From IMG/VR virus record IMGVR_UViG_3300003310_000099, positions 202,295 through 266,294 of that record: DNA of 64,000 nt, one strand, 5' to 3'. The notes beneath the pieces are model-generated. The model saw nothing but the letters and a program-made list of their open reading frames with translations, was not told where the DNA came from and did no database searches. Shown here one piece after another: positions 53,852 to 63,600 of this stretch (its first letter is position 1; each line of letters begins with the position of its first letter). A program made the translations under genes and the position numbers. The stretch is from a virus (taxonomy: Duplodnaviria > Heunggongvirae > Uroviricota > Caudoviricetes).

Positions 53852-54406
53852 GTGCAAAAAGTAGCAATTTTAGGTCTAGCTGGTGATCCTCCTCATAACG
53901 GGCATAAAGCAGTCATGCAGCTTGCCTCTCGTTATGTGGATGAAGTTTGGCTCATGCCATGCTATTTACATAAATTCAAAACCCCCATTGCATCACCAGA
54001 AGATCGTTTGGCAATGTGCAGTTTGGTAGGCAAGACTAGCAATTACGAAATCAATCATAAGTTCTACGGCTATACCTTTGATATTGTCAACAATCTCAAA
54101 AAGGATATGCCTTATGATTTTAGTTTTGTAATTGGGCAGGACAATGCAGACCATATTAATACTTGGTGTAACTGGCAGGAACTAATTAAGCTGGTCCGAT
54201 TCATTGTAATACCTAGAGGCAACACGAAGCCATTGCAGGATTGGTATTTGAAGGATGGTCATATTTTCGCAGATGGAGTTGACGGACAGAATTGTAGTAG
54301 TACCAAGATCAGAGAGTTGATTAAGAAGAATAAATATGAAGAGGCAGGGGTTTATTTAGACCCTAATGTATTGCAATACATAAAGGATAAAGAGCTATAT
54401 GTCTGA
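53852..54406 (+). CDS. nadD: Nicotinate/nicotinamide nucleotide adenylyltransferase
   Basis: DPPHNGH, VWLMP, IGQDN, CSSTKIR. Confidence 0.85.
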   Translation: MQKVAILGLAGDPPHNGHKAVMQLASRYVDEVWLMPCYLHKFKTPIASPEDRLAMCSLVGKTSNYEINHKFYGYTFDIVNNLKKDMPYDFSFVIGQDNADHINTWCNWQELIKLVRFIVIPRGNTKPLQDWYLKDGHIFADGVDGQNCSSTKIRELIKKNKYEEAGVYLDPNVLQYIKDKELYV

Positions 54407-54964
54407 ACGTACAACAGCTAGATTACTCCGACGTGAAGGAATAAGGATTATGGATGAAAAGGTAGCAATAGCGGCATATAAGCCGAGATGTGTATGTTTG
54501 TTTTGTGCGAAGAGTGTTCCATTAGAGAAGACTGAGGAAGCATTTGCCCAGCATGAACCGAATTGCGAATGGGTGAAACATACTCGTACTAATTGGGAGA
54601 ATTGGAATGGACGTAAACGAGATGACGCCAACGCAGCTACGGGAACTGGCTGCTAAAAAGGAAAAAGAGGCTTCTGAGCGAATAAGCCATGTTGGTTATT
54701 TGAAAATGGATTTGTTTGATTTTGATGCACCAACTGGTCTTGATTCTTATGGCGAAACTAGGTATAGATTTTGTTTAAAACCAAAGAACAAAGAGACAGA
54801 CTTATCAAACAGTTTGAAGAAAAATTTGCGTTGGTAATGGACAAAGGTACAAAATTTGTCCGTTATGCTGAATGTGGCTCTTGGTGGGATACCGTGAATT
54901 ATGGCGTAGAAAATATGAGTGACGAGTGGGCTGGAATTTATTTGGAAAACATTGAGGAGTGCAA

Positions 54965-55465
54965 ATGAGCCTGGACTATACCACCTATCTTGGTCCTTAT
55001 CTCCAGTGTAAAGTCAGCAAAACTGACTCTATGACCACTCGTAGAACCTGCACTAACAGTGCTTGCCCAAACCAGAACGGTCACATGAACAGCAAATTCT
55101 GCTATGAATGTGGTTCACCGATTGGCGATGTGGGATTCATTGTGAAAGCAAATAAAGTGGATTCTGGTGATATTCGAGAAGCAATCCATAATGATATGTG
55201 TCCTCCAGGTGGAGAATATTTTTACAAATTATCAAGGGATCAAGGAATCGACATTTGGATTGGTAATCTTTATCGCACCAAAAATTCTCGCCCATTTAGC
55301 TTTGATAGGGAAGAATCACAGCTAATTCCTATTGGTGCTGGTGTGATGAAGGGCGAGATTGATGAGTTTGTTGCTCAGTACGCCAAACAAATTGAGGTGA
55401 TTGAAAAGGCGTATGGAAAGGATAATGTAGAGTTGAAATGGGGTTTAATTCATTATATTTGTTGA
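54965..55465 (+). CDS. Zn-ribbon hypothetical protein (paralog of 8267..8761)
   Basis: YLGPYL, FCYECG, VELKWGLIHYIC. Confidence 0.6.
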   Translation: MSLDYTTYLGPYLQCKVSKTDSMTTRRTCTNSACPNQNGHMNSKFCYECGSPIGDVGFIVKANKVDSGDIREAIHNDMCPPGGEYFYKLSRDQGIDIWIGNLYRTKNSRPFSFDREESQLIPIGAGVMKGEIDEFVAQYAKQIEVIEKAYGKDNVELKWGLIHYIC

Positions 55466-55581
55466 GGCAAACATGTTTGAAAAATTTTTGTATTACTATG
55501 TTGTTGGGATGTTTTGGATTTTGTTTTTCTCGCCACTTATTGTACTTGTTCTAATGTTGACTCGGTTGTTTTAAGGACATT

Positions 55582-56085
55582 ATGAAAGTAGCTTATTTTG
55601 TATTGGGTCCAGAGTCTAGTGGCACCCGCATGTTGACCGAAGCATTCATTAAATCTGGATGCTACGGCGACTGTGGCATAGACCAAAAAATGGATGATAT
55701 GAATTTCTCCGAAAGCTTAATTGTTTTTAGGAGAAGTTTGCCACATGGGGGCATCTGGCCCAACCTCCGTTACATAATTGAAAAGATGAAAAATGCTGGT
55801 TATAGAATTCATCCAATAATGATTTTGAGAGATAAGTTCTATACAGTTAAGTCCCAAGTCAAAAACCAGCATGTTGCCAATGAGATAGAGGCAAAAGACA
55901 ACATTCGTTTTGCAATAGAATACGCATATAGAAATCTGGCTGCGGTAGGATTGACTCCTACAGTTGTGTTGTATGAGATATTTGTTAAATACCCTGAAGT
56001 AAGGGAATTGATTTTTAAGTCTTTTGGGTTAATGCCGCCAATCATGGAATTCCATGATGGTAATTTGCAATATCAAGGAGTTTAG
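55582..56085 (+). CDS. Sulfotransferase-like protein
   Basis: VLGPESSGTRML, ILRD..VKSQ, VLYE. Confidence 0.5.
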   Translation: MKVAYFVLGPESSGTRMLTEAFIKSGCYGDCGIDQKMDDMNFSESLIVFRRSLPHGGIWPNLRYIIEKMKNAGYRIHPIMILRDKFYTVKSQVKNQHVANEIEAKDNIRFAIEYAYRNLAAVGLTPTVVLYEIFVKYPEVRELIFKSFGLMPPIMEFHDGNLQYQGV

Positions 56086-56379
56086 TAATGATTACTCTGG
56101 CATGGGCAACCAAACGTCTGTTGATGGCTGAAATCTGCAATGAGGATGAAGGTGGCGTTACACCCGCTACCATTAGCTCTGCACTTGAAAGTGTGCGGTC
56201 GGGCTATGATCCAGCCCCCGAAGAAGAATTCGATATGAAGAAAGTCGAGGCTCAATTAACAGAATTGCTTGATGAGTTTCCTAATGGTCTTGCTAGTGAT
56301 TTTTTAGTTAAGGCGGATTGGGATATGCGATTTGAAATTGCACAGCGTAGGGAACGAATGAAGAGACGTGCTGCCAAAA

Positions 56380-56396
56380 GCTTAGCTGTACCGAGT
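56380..56396 (+). repeat. Dispersed element copy 10
   Basis: GCTTAGCTGTACCGAGT within 3' end of ORF 56088..56429. Confidence 0.9.
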
Positions 56397-56432
56397 GATG
56401 AGTTGGAACCTTCAAATCAGGGGGAATAAACT

Positions 56433-57287
56433 ATGCGTCGTGGTTGCAATGGCGGCTGGCTTGGTGAAAATAAAGAAAAGCCTCATGAGGGCAGCTTCAT
56501 GGGGGTGAATTTAGGGGCTTCATTCTGTGCCGAGCATGAATGGGGCGTCAAGCGACTAAATCAATGCCTTGGTATCAATAGTGATAGTAAAGTCATGGGC
56601 ATTAAGCGTTACCATGTCGGCAAGGTTGCGGAAGGTGTTATTACCTTGATGGAAGAACCCAACGATGTGGCACTCATTATTGAGGAACCTTCGTCTTGGA
56701 ATAAGCGGGACAAGATTGACAACGTGAGTAGGGAACTCACTTTTTCTTCGTACTCCAAGACTCCTGATTTCGCTACTGCTTGGGACGAAAAGAGCCTTGG
56801 TATTCGTGTCAAGGGTGAAAAGAACATTAAGAAGTTGAAGCGAGTACATGAAGCTTTATTGAACAATGATGCGGCTGTTTGGTTGGGGGGTGGTCATGTT
56901 TTCGAGAATGCTGGTCTTGTGATCGGTATTGTCAGTTTGATCCCCAAGGAAATGAAAGATACGATGAAGGCCGCTCACGAAGATCGAAAAAAGCTTGAGG
57001 ATGCTTCGGAGAAGTGCGGCATCAAGCAGCGTATTGATGAAATTAATAACAATTTCAGCAAGGAACATCCTGGTTGTTATGATACTCCGCTTGGTTATTT
57101 TGCTTTAAGTCCGTCTTGGAAGCGGAGCGACATGAAGACTAAGCATCCAGTGATGTACTGGTTGAATCCACGGCATCAGGACAAGGTGAACTATGGTTGG
57201 TTCACCGTCGAACAGCTTGAGCAGTGGATTGAAGGCAAGGGACCGATCCCCATGACTAAGAAACAGATGAATGAAAGGCGACGATGA
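56433..57287 (+). CDS. hypothetical protein
   Basis: FCAEHEWG, YWLNP..NYGWFTVEQL; AAG-rich. Confidence 0.65.
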   Translation: MRRGCNGGWLGENKEKPHEGSFMGVNLGASFCAEHEWGVKRLNQCLGINSDSKVMGIKRYHVGKVAEGVITLMEEPNDVALIIEEPSSWNKRDKIDNVSRELTFSSYSKTPDFATAWDEKSLGIRVKGEKNIKKLKRVHEALLNNDAAVWLGGGHVFENAGLVIGIVSLIPKEMKDTMKAAHEDRKKLEDASEKCGIKQRIDEINNNFSKEHPGCYDTPLGYFALSPSWKRSDMKTKHPVMYWLNPRHQDKVNYGWFTVEQLEQWIEGKGPIPMTKKQMNERRR

Positions 57288-57463
57288 GTTATTATTCAAC
57301 TGCTGACGCAAAGTACAAGAGTGCTTGTGACCATATAAAAGAAGCGATTAGAGATTTGTCTGCCATTGTGGTTGATGAAGTGGATGGCTACAGCGACCAC
57401 AATGACTTCCATGTTATAGAAGCTTTGCAGGAACTAATCGCAATTAAGAAAAAGCTCGAATAA

Positions 57464-57480
57464 CCTTAGCTGTACCGAGT
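57464..57480 (+). repeat. Dispersed element copy 11
   Basis: CCTTAGCTGTACCGAGT. Confidence 0.9.
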
Positions 57481-57496
57481 GATGCAGGAGGAACCA

Positions 57497-57823
57497 ATGC
57501 CTGATTTTAACATCGAAGCTTTTTACCACTGTATCACTGCTGAACGCTTCCGTACAGAAGTTAAGGGCAGCAAAGGCAATTACACCGTAGAGTTTGGTCC
57601 GTCACAGGGTCGATATGAATACGATTACACTTGTAATTGCCAAGCGTTTAAGTTTGGTAAAGGCAAGCCATGTAAACACATCGAGGAAGTAATTGATTCT
57701 GGCAAACGTTGCGGCTGGATGCAAGTAATTGATGGCGGTATACCGCTTGAACCCCTGTGCGATGGGCACAAGGTATGTCCAAGGTGTGGTAGTGACGTAA
57801 GTGTTGCACGGCACGCAGTTTAA
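57497..57823 (+). CDS. SWIM zinc-finger protein
   Basis: YTCNCQAF...PCKHI; GGAGG SD. Confidence 0.75.
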   Translation: MPDFNIEAFYHCITAERFRTEVKGSKGNYTVEFGPSQGRYEYDYTCNCQAFKFGKGKPCKHIEEVIDSGKRCGWMQVIDGGIPLEPLCDGHKVCPRCGSDVSVARHAV

Positions 57824-58107
57824 GGAGAATAAAGTGGAAGTAGAATATAAAAGCTATAGGTACGGTAAAGAATCTGTGGAAGTAGAAAGCGTCCAGGCTT
57901 TCCTTCATGACCAGATTCTTTATAAAGAAGAATACAGTGGTGGGCGTGAAAGGGTGCGACTTGAAGCTCAGCCTGAATTGGTCTGTGCTGCTTTGGGTCG
58001 TTTGGTGAATCGGCTTTTGGACAAGGGTGTTCTCAACCTGGAAGATTTGCATTTCATTGCTGATACGGGTTGGTCGATGAAGGATTTGAAGTTGAAGCCC
58101 GAAGAAA

Positions 58108-58227
58108 AGGACGAATCGTGAGGCGCTAATTACTGTAGTTTACAGCCCCGTTCGTTTTGATTAGTGAAAACCAAGGGTCGTGAGGCGAATAATTACAATT
58201 AGTTTACAGCCCCGCCCTTGGTTTTCA
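58108..58227 (+). repeat. Tandem duplicated stem-loop motif (candidate RNA element)
   Basis: Two copies of TCGTGAGGCG..TAATTAC..TAGTTTACAGCCCCG, each closed by a different stem. Confidence 0.75.
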
Positions 58228-58246
58228 TAATTTTCATGGAGTTGAA

Positions 58247-58726
58247 ATGAAATATGCACTGATTGACCTTGGCCCACCGCAAGGTCCAGTCTATTCCACT
58301 GCTTACCTTCACACACCTAAAGGCAACTTTATGGTGAAAGGTAATCATTTTATAATTACCAATCATTTGGCAAGTGATGATTTTCCACCTTTTTTTGGTA
58401 AGATTTTGATTCATCGCCATAAGCGTGCAGGGTCACTTTGTAATCTTATTAGTAAAGGTGTGAGGCTCAGCGTTAAACGAGAAGGTAAACGGGCATATTA
58501 CTTCTTTGAAAGTGAAGATGGTGGTTTTCTTTTTAAGAAAACCAGGCGTTTACCAAACAAGTGGATTAATTGTATTGAGCCTGATGTAAAGACTCATCTT
58601 CTGGTATCGGCGGATTACCTGGAGGAAAAAGGTCTTATTATCGGTGCTGAGTTCATTAGGCGTAAAGTTGAAGCGATGCCTGGGCATCCCAAGATTTATC
58701 AAACTTGTCCTCTTAGGAGAGTTTAA
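58247..58726 (+). CDS. hypothetical protein with C-terminal TIGR02996-like motif
   Basis: EPDVKTHLLVSADYLEEKG..AEFIR. Confidence 0.55.
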   Translation: MKYALIDLGPPQGPVYSTAYLHTPKGNFMVKGNHFIITNHLASDDFPPFFGKILIHRHKRAGSLCNLISKGVRLSVKREGKRAYYFFESEDGGFLFKKTRRLPNKWINCIEPDVKTHLLVSADYLEEKGLIIGAEFIRRKVEAMPGHPKIYQTCPLRRV

Positions 58727-59123
58727 TGTACAATTCCGTTGAGGAAATCATTGAAGATTGTAAGAATAAGGGTATTGCTTCATGGGGGGATTATTACATT
58801 GAGCATAAGCGGGATACCCTGTTCGAGCAAGGTTATACAAAGCTTTACAAATATGCTCATCCCGATTCGTTGAGCATGAATCATCTTATTGACAGGGGCG
58901 ATCTTGAAGAATTGGCTTGGGATTTGATGCTTTACAATGAGCCTGTTGAAACTGTATGGGGTAATTTCTAAATAAACTATGAGACGAGCAGAAATTAAAA
59001 CTAAAACTGTTACACAAAGCAATGATGCACATTGCCACAATCCACGGTCTAACGGGCATAAAAACCGTAAATCAATCAGGCGAAATAGCTCCAAGAGGCT
59101 AAGGCAATTAGTAAAACGGGATA

Positions 59124-59140
59124 CCTTAGCTGTACTGAGT
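59124..59140 (+). repeat. Dispersed element copy 12 (variant)
   Basis: CCTTAGCTGTACTGAGT. Confidence 0.85.
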
Positions 59141-59160
59141 CAGGTACAGGAGAACTAAAA

Positions 59161-59541
59161 ATGCACTCGACCAATTACACTTACGAAGACGAAAAGAACA
59201 ATCGTGTTCTGGAAATTGATGTTCGGTATTCCCCGATTCCGTATACGCCTGCCCGATTGACGGCAGACCCTTACTATTCTGAGCCTGCTGATGGCGGGTA
59301 TTGCGAAGATTTCGATTTCAAGGTAATTCGTTGTACCACTTATGACGATGATGGGAATATCGTTAAGGATGATTTCACCAAGGAAGAGTTGAATCTTCTG
59401 ACGGCTGAATTTGATGAGATTTTCAATAACGATCAGAAGTTGCAGGAGCAAATCAACGACATTTGCATGGAAGCATCTGAGCGTGATTATGACGATGAAG
59501 GTTCCTGTTATGATGACGACGATTACGGGTGGCTTCCATGA
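59161..59541 (+). CDS. highly acidic hypothetical protein
   Basis: D/E-rich, AGGAG SD. Confidence 0.65.
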   Translation: MHSTNYTYEDEKNNRVLEIDVRYSPIPYTPARLTADPYYSEPADGGYCEDFDFKVIRCTTYDDDGNIVKDDFTKEELNLLTAEFDEIFNNDQKLQEQINDICMEASERDYDDEGSCYDDDDYGWLP

Positions 59542-60542
59542 TCGTAAAAATTCAGCCTATTGAGCAATGGACTGGTCAAACCTACGAAGATAAGGCAGTC
59601 TATCTCGATGTGCCAGATAGCGTTGATGTAGATATTATTACATTAAATGATCCAAACATATTTTACTATGGGGAGAATGCTGACCTCTTAATCCAAGAGC
59701 TAATACGTCTAGGTTCAAAAGTCATAGACTGCCCTATCAAGGTGATTCATGTGTAAAAAAAGTACGTCGAATTACACTCGTAGACATTGGCTCCACAAGG
59801 CATACTTGGTTGGATTTGATGCAGGTGTTAAAAAGAATGATGAGTGTCCGTATTGTTGCGGCACCAAAGAGTGGGAATGGTGGTGGGCTGGTTGGGGGGA
59901 AGGAGTTTTAGCTTAAAATGGAAAACGACCGTTATATTCCGTGTCAGTGTTGCAGGCAGCGACTCAAGGATTGGAATTGGTATATCTGCAATGAATGCAG
60001 TTTCCGTGTATGCCCAAGCTGTCTTAGTCGGCATCGTGGGCCTTATGGCAACGGTGGTATGAAATGCTCACAGTGCGATTATGGCAGACTTCGCCAGGAG
60101 CGAAACTAATGAATCTTGCACCTAATGAAACGCTTAACAAGCTTATGAAAATGCCTTCTCAGGCGTTTACGGTTGAGGAACTCAAGTATCTTATTACTTT
60201 GAGTTATCCGTATCCTATTGGCTTTGAGAAGAATTTAGAGAGGATTTACAACCGACTTAGGGAAGTACCGCCAGAAGCTGGTGGTTTAGCAGGGGGCTAT
60301 TTGCAGTAATGGACGCTATTAAGAAAAATCTGACTGATATTCTGAATGAAATGGAAGTCCCTGCCATGAGGCGGGAGTTAAATATCCAGAACTTAAAGTG
60401 GTTGGCTCGTAATCTCCACTTTAAGAACAAGGATAAGGATAGTTTTCCTTCGGCAATTCATTTTATTACGACTTTGTTATGGATGCAAGGTGAACAATCG
60501 GTAACTATTGAATAAAATCAGATCAGATTTTATATATAAAGT

Positions 60543-61214
60543 ATGAAATCTTTTGCTGAATATGTGGAAATGAGAGAGGGTGTATTAAGCCAAGTGCGTG
60601 GCTATTTTAACAAAGGCAATCAAGCGAATAATAAACTAGAATTGGATGCTAGGAACGCATTAAAAGCTGTAATTAAAAATCTTGCAAATTCTAGTGACCC
60701 TAAGTTAAAATATCTTTATAGTGGCGGCTATGCTCATGAATTATACAAGATTCGCCAATTTATAATAGCAAATAGGACGCAACCACAGGCTCAGCAACAA
60801 CCACAGCAGACCCAAGAGAGTATTGGTCAGGCTATTGGTAATTGGGCTGGTCAAGGTGGATTACTTGGTGCTGCATGGAACAAAATGACCCGTTCAAAAG
60901 AAATGGTGCAGCACAACGAACTTGAAAATAAAGCAATTAAGGCTTTGCAGGCTCTTGCAGACCGAGTAAATTACGAAAAAGGGGAATTGTATTACAGTGG
61001 TTACGGCTCAAGAATACAGTGGTACGTTAATTGGTTGAAAAAGGCACAGGCATTTAATAATACAAATATGGGCGTTCCTGATGAATCCCCACCAGAGGAT
61101 TATATCTCTTATCGTAGGGTTCAAAACCCTCAGCTTAGAAGTAAGCGAGTATCTGCACCTGGACAACAATTACCTGGCCAACAACAGACTCCAAGATCAG
61201 GCCGTTGGGCTTAA
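60543..61214 (+). CDS. possible internal head protein with internal repeat
   Basis: MKSFAEYVEMRE; two YLYSGGY / LYYSGYG repeats; TATATATAA upstream. Confidence 0.55.
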   Translation: MKSFAEYVEMREGVLSQVRGYFNKGNQANNKLELDARNALKAVIKNLANSSDPKLKYLYSGGYAHELYKIRQFIIANRTQPQAQQQPQQTQESIGQAIGNWAGQGGLLGAAWNKMTRSKEMVQHNELENKAIKALQALADRVNYEKGELYYSGYGSRIQWYVNWLKKAQAFNNTNMGVPDESPPEDYISYRRVQNPQLRSKRVSAPGQQLPGQQQTPRSGRWA

Positions 61215-61216
61215 AA

Positions 61217-61232
61217 GCTTAGCTGTACCTAG
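61217..61232 (+). repeat. Dispersed element copy 13
   Basis: GCTTAGCTGTACCTAG. Confidence 0.9.
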
Positions 61233-62357
61233 AGTTTAGCAAAGGAGATTCTTATGCACTTCGTAGCTGAATTCTGGTGGTTGTGGCTTATTCTTTCTGT
61301 TGTCACGTTGCTCTATGGTGGCTACAATCAAGTTAGCCGCATGAAGGGCATGATGCGAGGTGACATTGATAACTTCTCAAAGGGGTTATTTGCTCTTTTC
61401 GTTGCAGCAATTCTACATTTTGGTTTCCTTGTCCTATTGGTGACTGCTATCGTGCTTCATGTCATCGACTACGCAAAGAACTAAGGAGAAAAAATGACGC
61501 CTCTTCAAATGATTGATGAATTCCAGTGTCCAGGCTGCATTCATGGTGTTAATACCACTGAATGCGAAAAGTTTGAAAAGCGTGATGATGGCACTCTTGC
61601 TTGTAAGAACCATCGTCCTTCAACTTTTATTGGTGGAATTGGTCGCATTGCATTGGGCTTGCCAAAGGGGTTTAACCGTTGCGGTACTATGGAATGGCCT
61701 GAAACCCCGCATTGTTTTATCCGTCTTTATGAAAAGCCCAAAGACCGAACAGAGTATAACAAGTTTAACATGCCTGTTTGGGCGATGGAAAAGGATGGAT
61801 TTCTTTTCGTCCGTTGTTATTCTCCAAGGGTTAATTGGACTTTTGTTGATGTAATTCAGGGCGGCAAGCTGGAACACGCTCCAGGGGCTTTGAATGTTGC
61901 CGAATTCATTGATGATATGGATTAGGAGAATTTATGAAAGTTTTGATGTACGGCAATCGTAAGGAAGACCCATCTTATTGGGATATTAGCACTCCTGAAA
62001 AGGAAGAGGCTGGTTTCCGCTGCTTGTTTCGTCATTTAGATGAAAATTGGCAGATGTTTCAGTATGCTGCCGACGACAACGAATACACCGTCAAGCAGCT
62101 AAAAGAGCTAGAAGAACTTGAAATCCTTTTGAAAGATGGTAAAGTTCCTAAGCTTTTCATCGAAGAGTCCAAGAAGAGTCTTGCTGAATTGCCAAGGGTT
62201 CGCAATCAAGTTGCTCGCCAACAGGAGGAGCTTGAATTAGCGCAGAAAGCCAAAACTGGTGACATTAAAGCTATTAAGTGGCTGTTGCGTTCTATTCAAG
62301 GCAGTGAGTACGCTGATTGGTCGATCATTGAAGTGATGAATCCGTTGGAGGGGTAAG

Positions 62358-63302
62358 ATGCCTAACTGCTTAGTTTGCCATAAACCTATTGTAAAACGGG
62401 TACATAGGCCAGCAAAATACATGCAGAAGTATTGTGGCATTGCATGTAGAGACGAAGCAGCAAGCATTATTAGCATTCAGCCTTGTAAAGTATGCAAAAA
62501 GCCATTTAAGAAGCGTAGAAAGGGCACTGTATGCTGCTCTGTTGAATGTTTTAATGCTAACAAAAAAGGAACGATGGACAAGGATGTTCTGATTGAGGCG
62601 ATGCTTCAATGTCGTTTTGGTGGCTGGCCAAATTGGACCAATATATCTAAAAAACTTAAATGTTCTCATCGTTTTGCAGTTAAAATGGCAAAACATTATG
62701 GTTTAATTGATAAAAAGCGTCGGGGGCCAATTGTCGATGGTGTCTTTCTGCCTATTCCTAAAAAACCGCCAGAACCAATTAATCCAGAATTAACCTCAAA
62801 GGAAACTCTGGAGCGGACATTGATTGAGAACAGACGGGTTGACAACAATGGTTGTTGGTTGTGGACTAAACGGCTCGATTTTCGTGGTTATGGCGTCATG
62901 CACCTGCCAAGACCTTATGAAGATGAGTATTTGGTAAAATTCATCAGTTTGTACATTTGGAAAGACATTCCACTAGAAAAGAGAAAATTTGTTTTTCATA
63001 AGTGTAATGTGCGTCACTGTTTCAATCCAGACCATCTAATTCCTTGTGAAACTAGATTGGAATTGGCTAAATTGTTCACCAAATATGGCAGAAATAAGTT
63101 GCCAATTGGTGTAAAGCATGTAAGATGGACGCTTGATTTACCGACTGCTCTTGATATTAGGGATGCTATCATCCACGGCGAAACTAACAAGCAAATTGTT
63201 AAAAGATTTGGCATCAAGTCTCAAATTGTACAGAATATCAGGATGCGAAGGACTTGGAAATATATTTGGAAACTGAAACACGAATACTTGGAGGCGAAAT
63301 GA
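62358..63302 (+). CDS. HNH endonuclease
   Basis: KYCGIAC/CCSVEC Zn repeats, GCWLWT, HKCNVRHCFNPDHL, C-terminal HTH. Confidence 0.8.
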   Translation: MPNCLVCHKPIVKRVHRPAKYMQKYCGIACRDEAASIISIQPCKVCKKPFKKRRKGTVCCSVECFNANKKGTMDKDVLIEAMLQCRFGGWPNWTNISKKLKCSHRFAVKMAKHYGLIDKKRRGPIVDGVFLPIPKKPPEPINPELTSKETLERTLIENRRVDNNGCWLWTKRLDFRGYGVMHLPRPYEDEYLVKFISLYIWKDIPLEKRKFVFHKCNVRHCFNPDHLIPCETRLELAKLFTKYGRNKLPIGVKHVRWTLDLPTALDIRDAIIHGETNKQIVKRFGIKSQIVQNIRMRRTWKYIWKLKHEYLEAK

Positions 63303-63600
63303 TTGTTTTATCAGAACACTCGCACACTGGCTCTTATAGCGATTTCTCTTTTGTTGAGAGAACTTGCTTTTTTGAGGATTTGAACGTCGTACTCAAAGTG
63401 ACAAGATACGATAGTGGGATTATTAATTACAATCCTTATGGGAACGCAGCTAACTTTGCCAAGGCACAGGAAATCTATGAGCGATTGTGTAAATAAAGTA
63501 TGGACAAAATTAAAGCATGGATGCTCGGCTTAGCTATAAAAGCCACTTTGGTTTGGAGATTCTTTGTCGAGTTAGTTAAAGCTGTCTTCGGCGTCAAATA

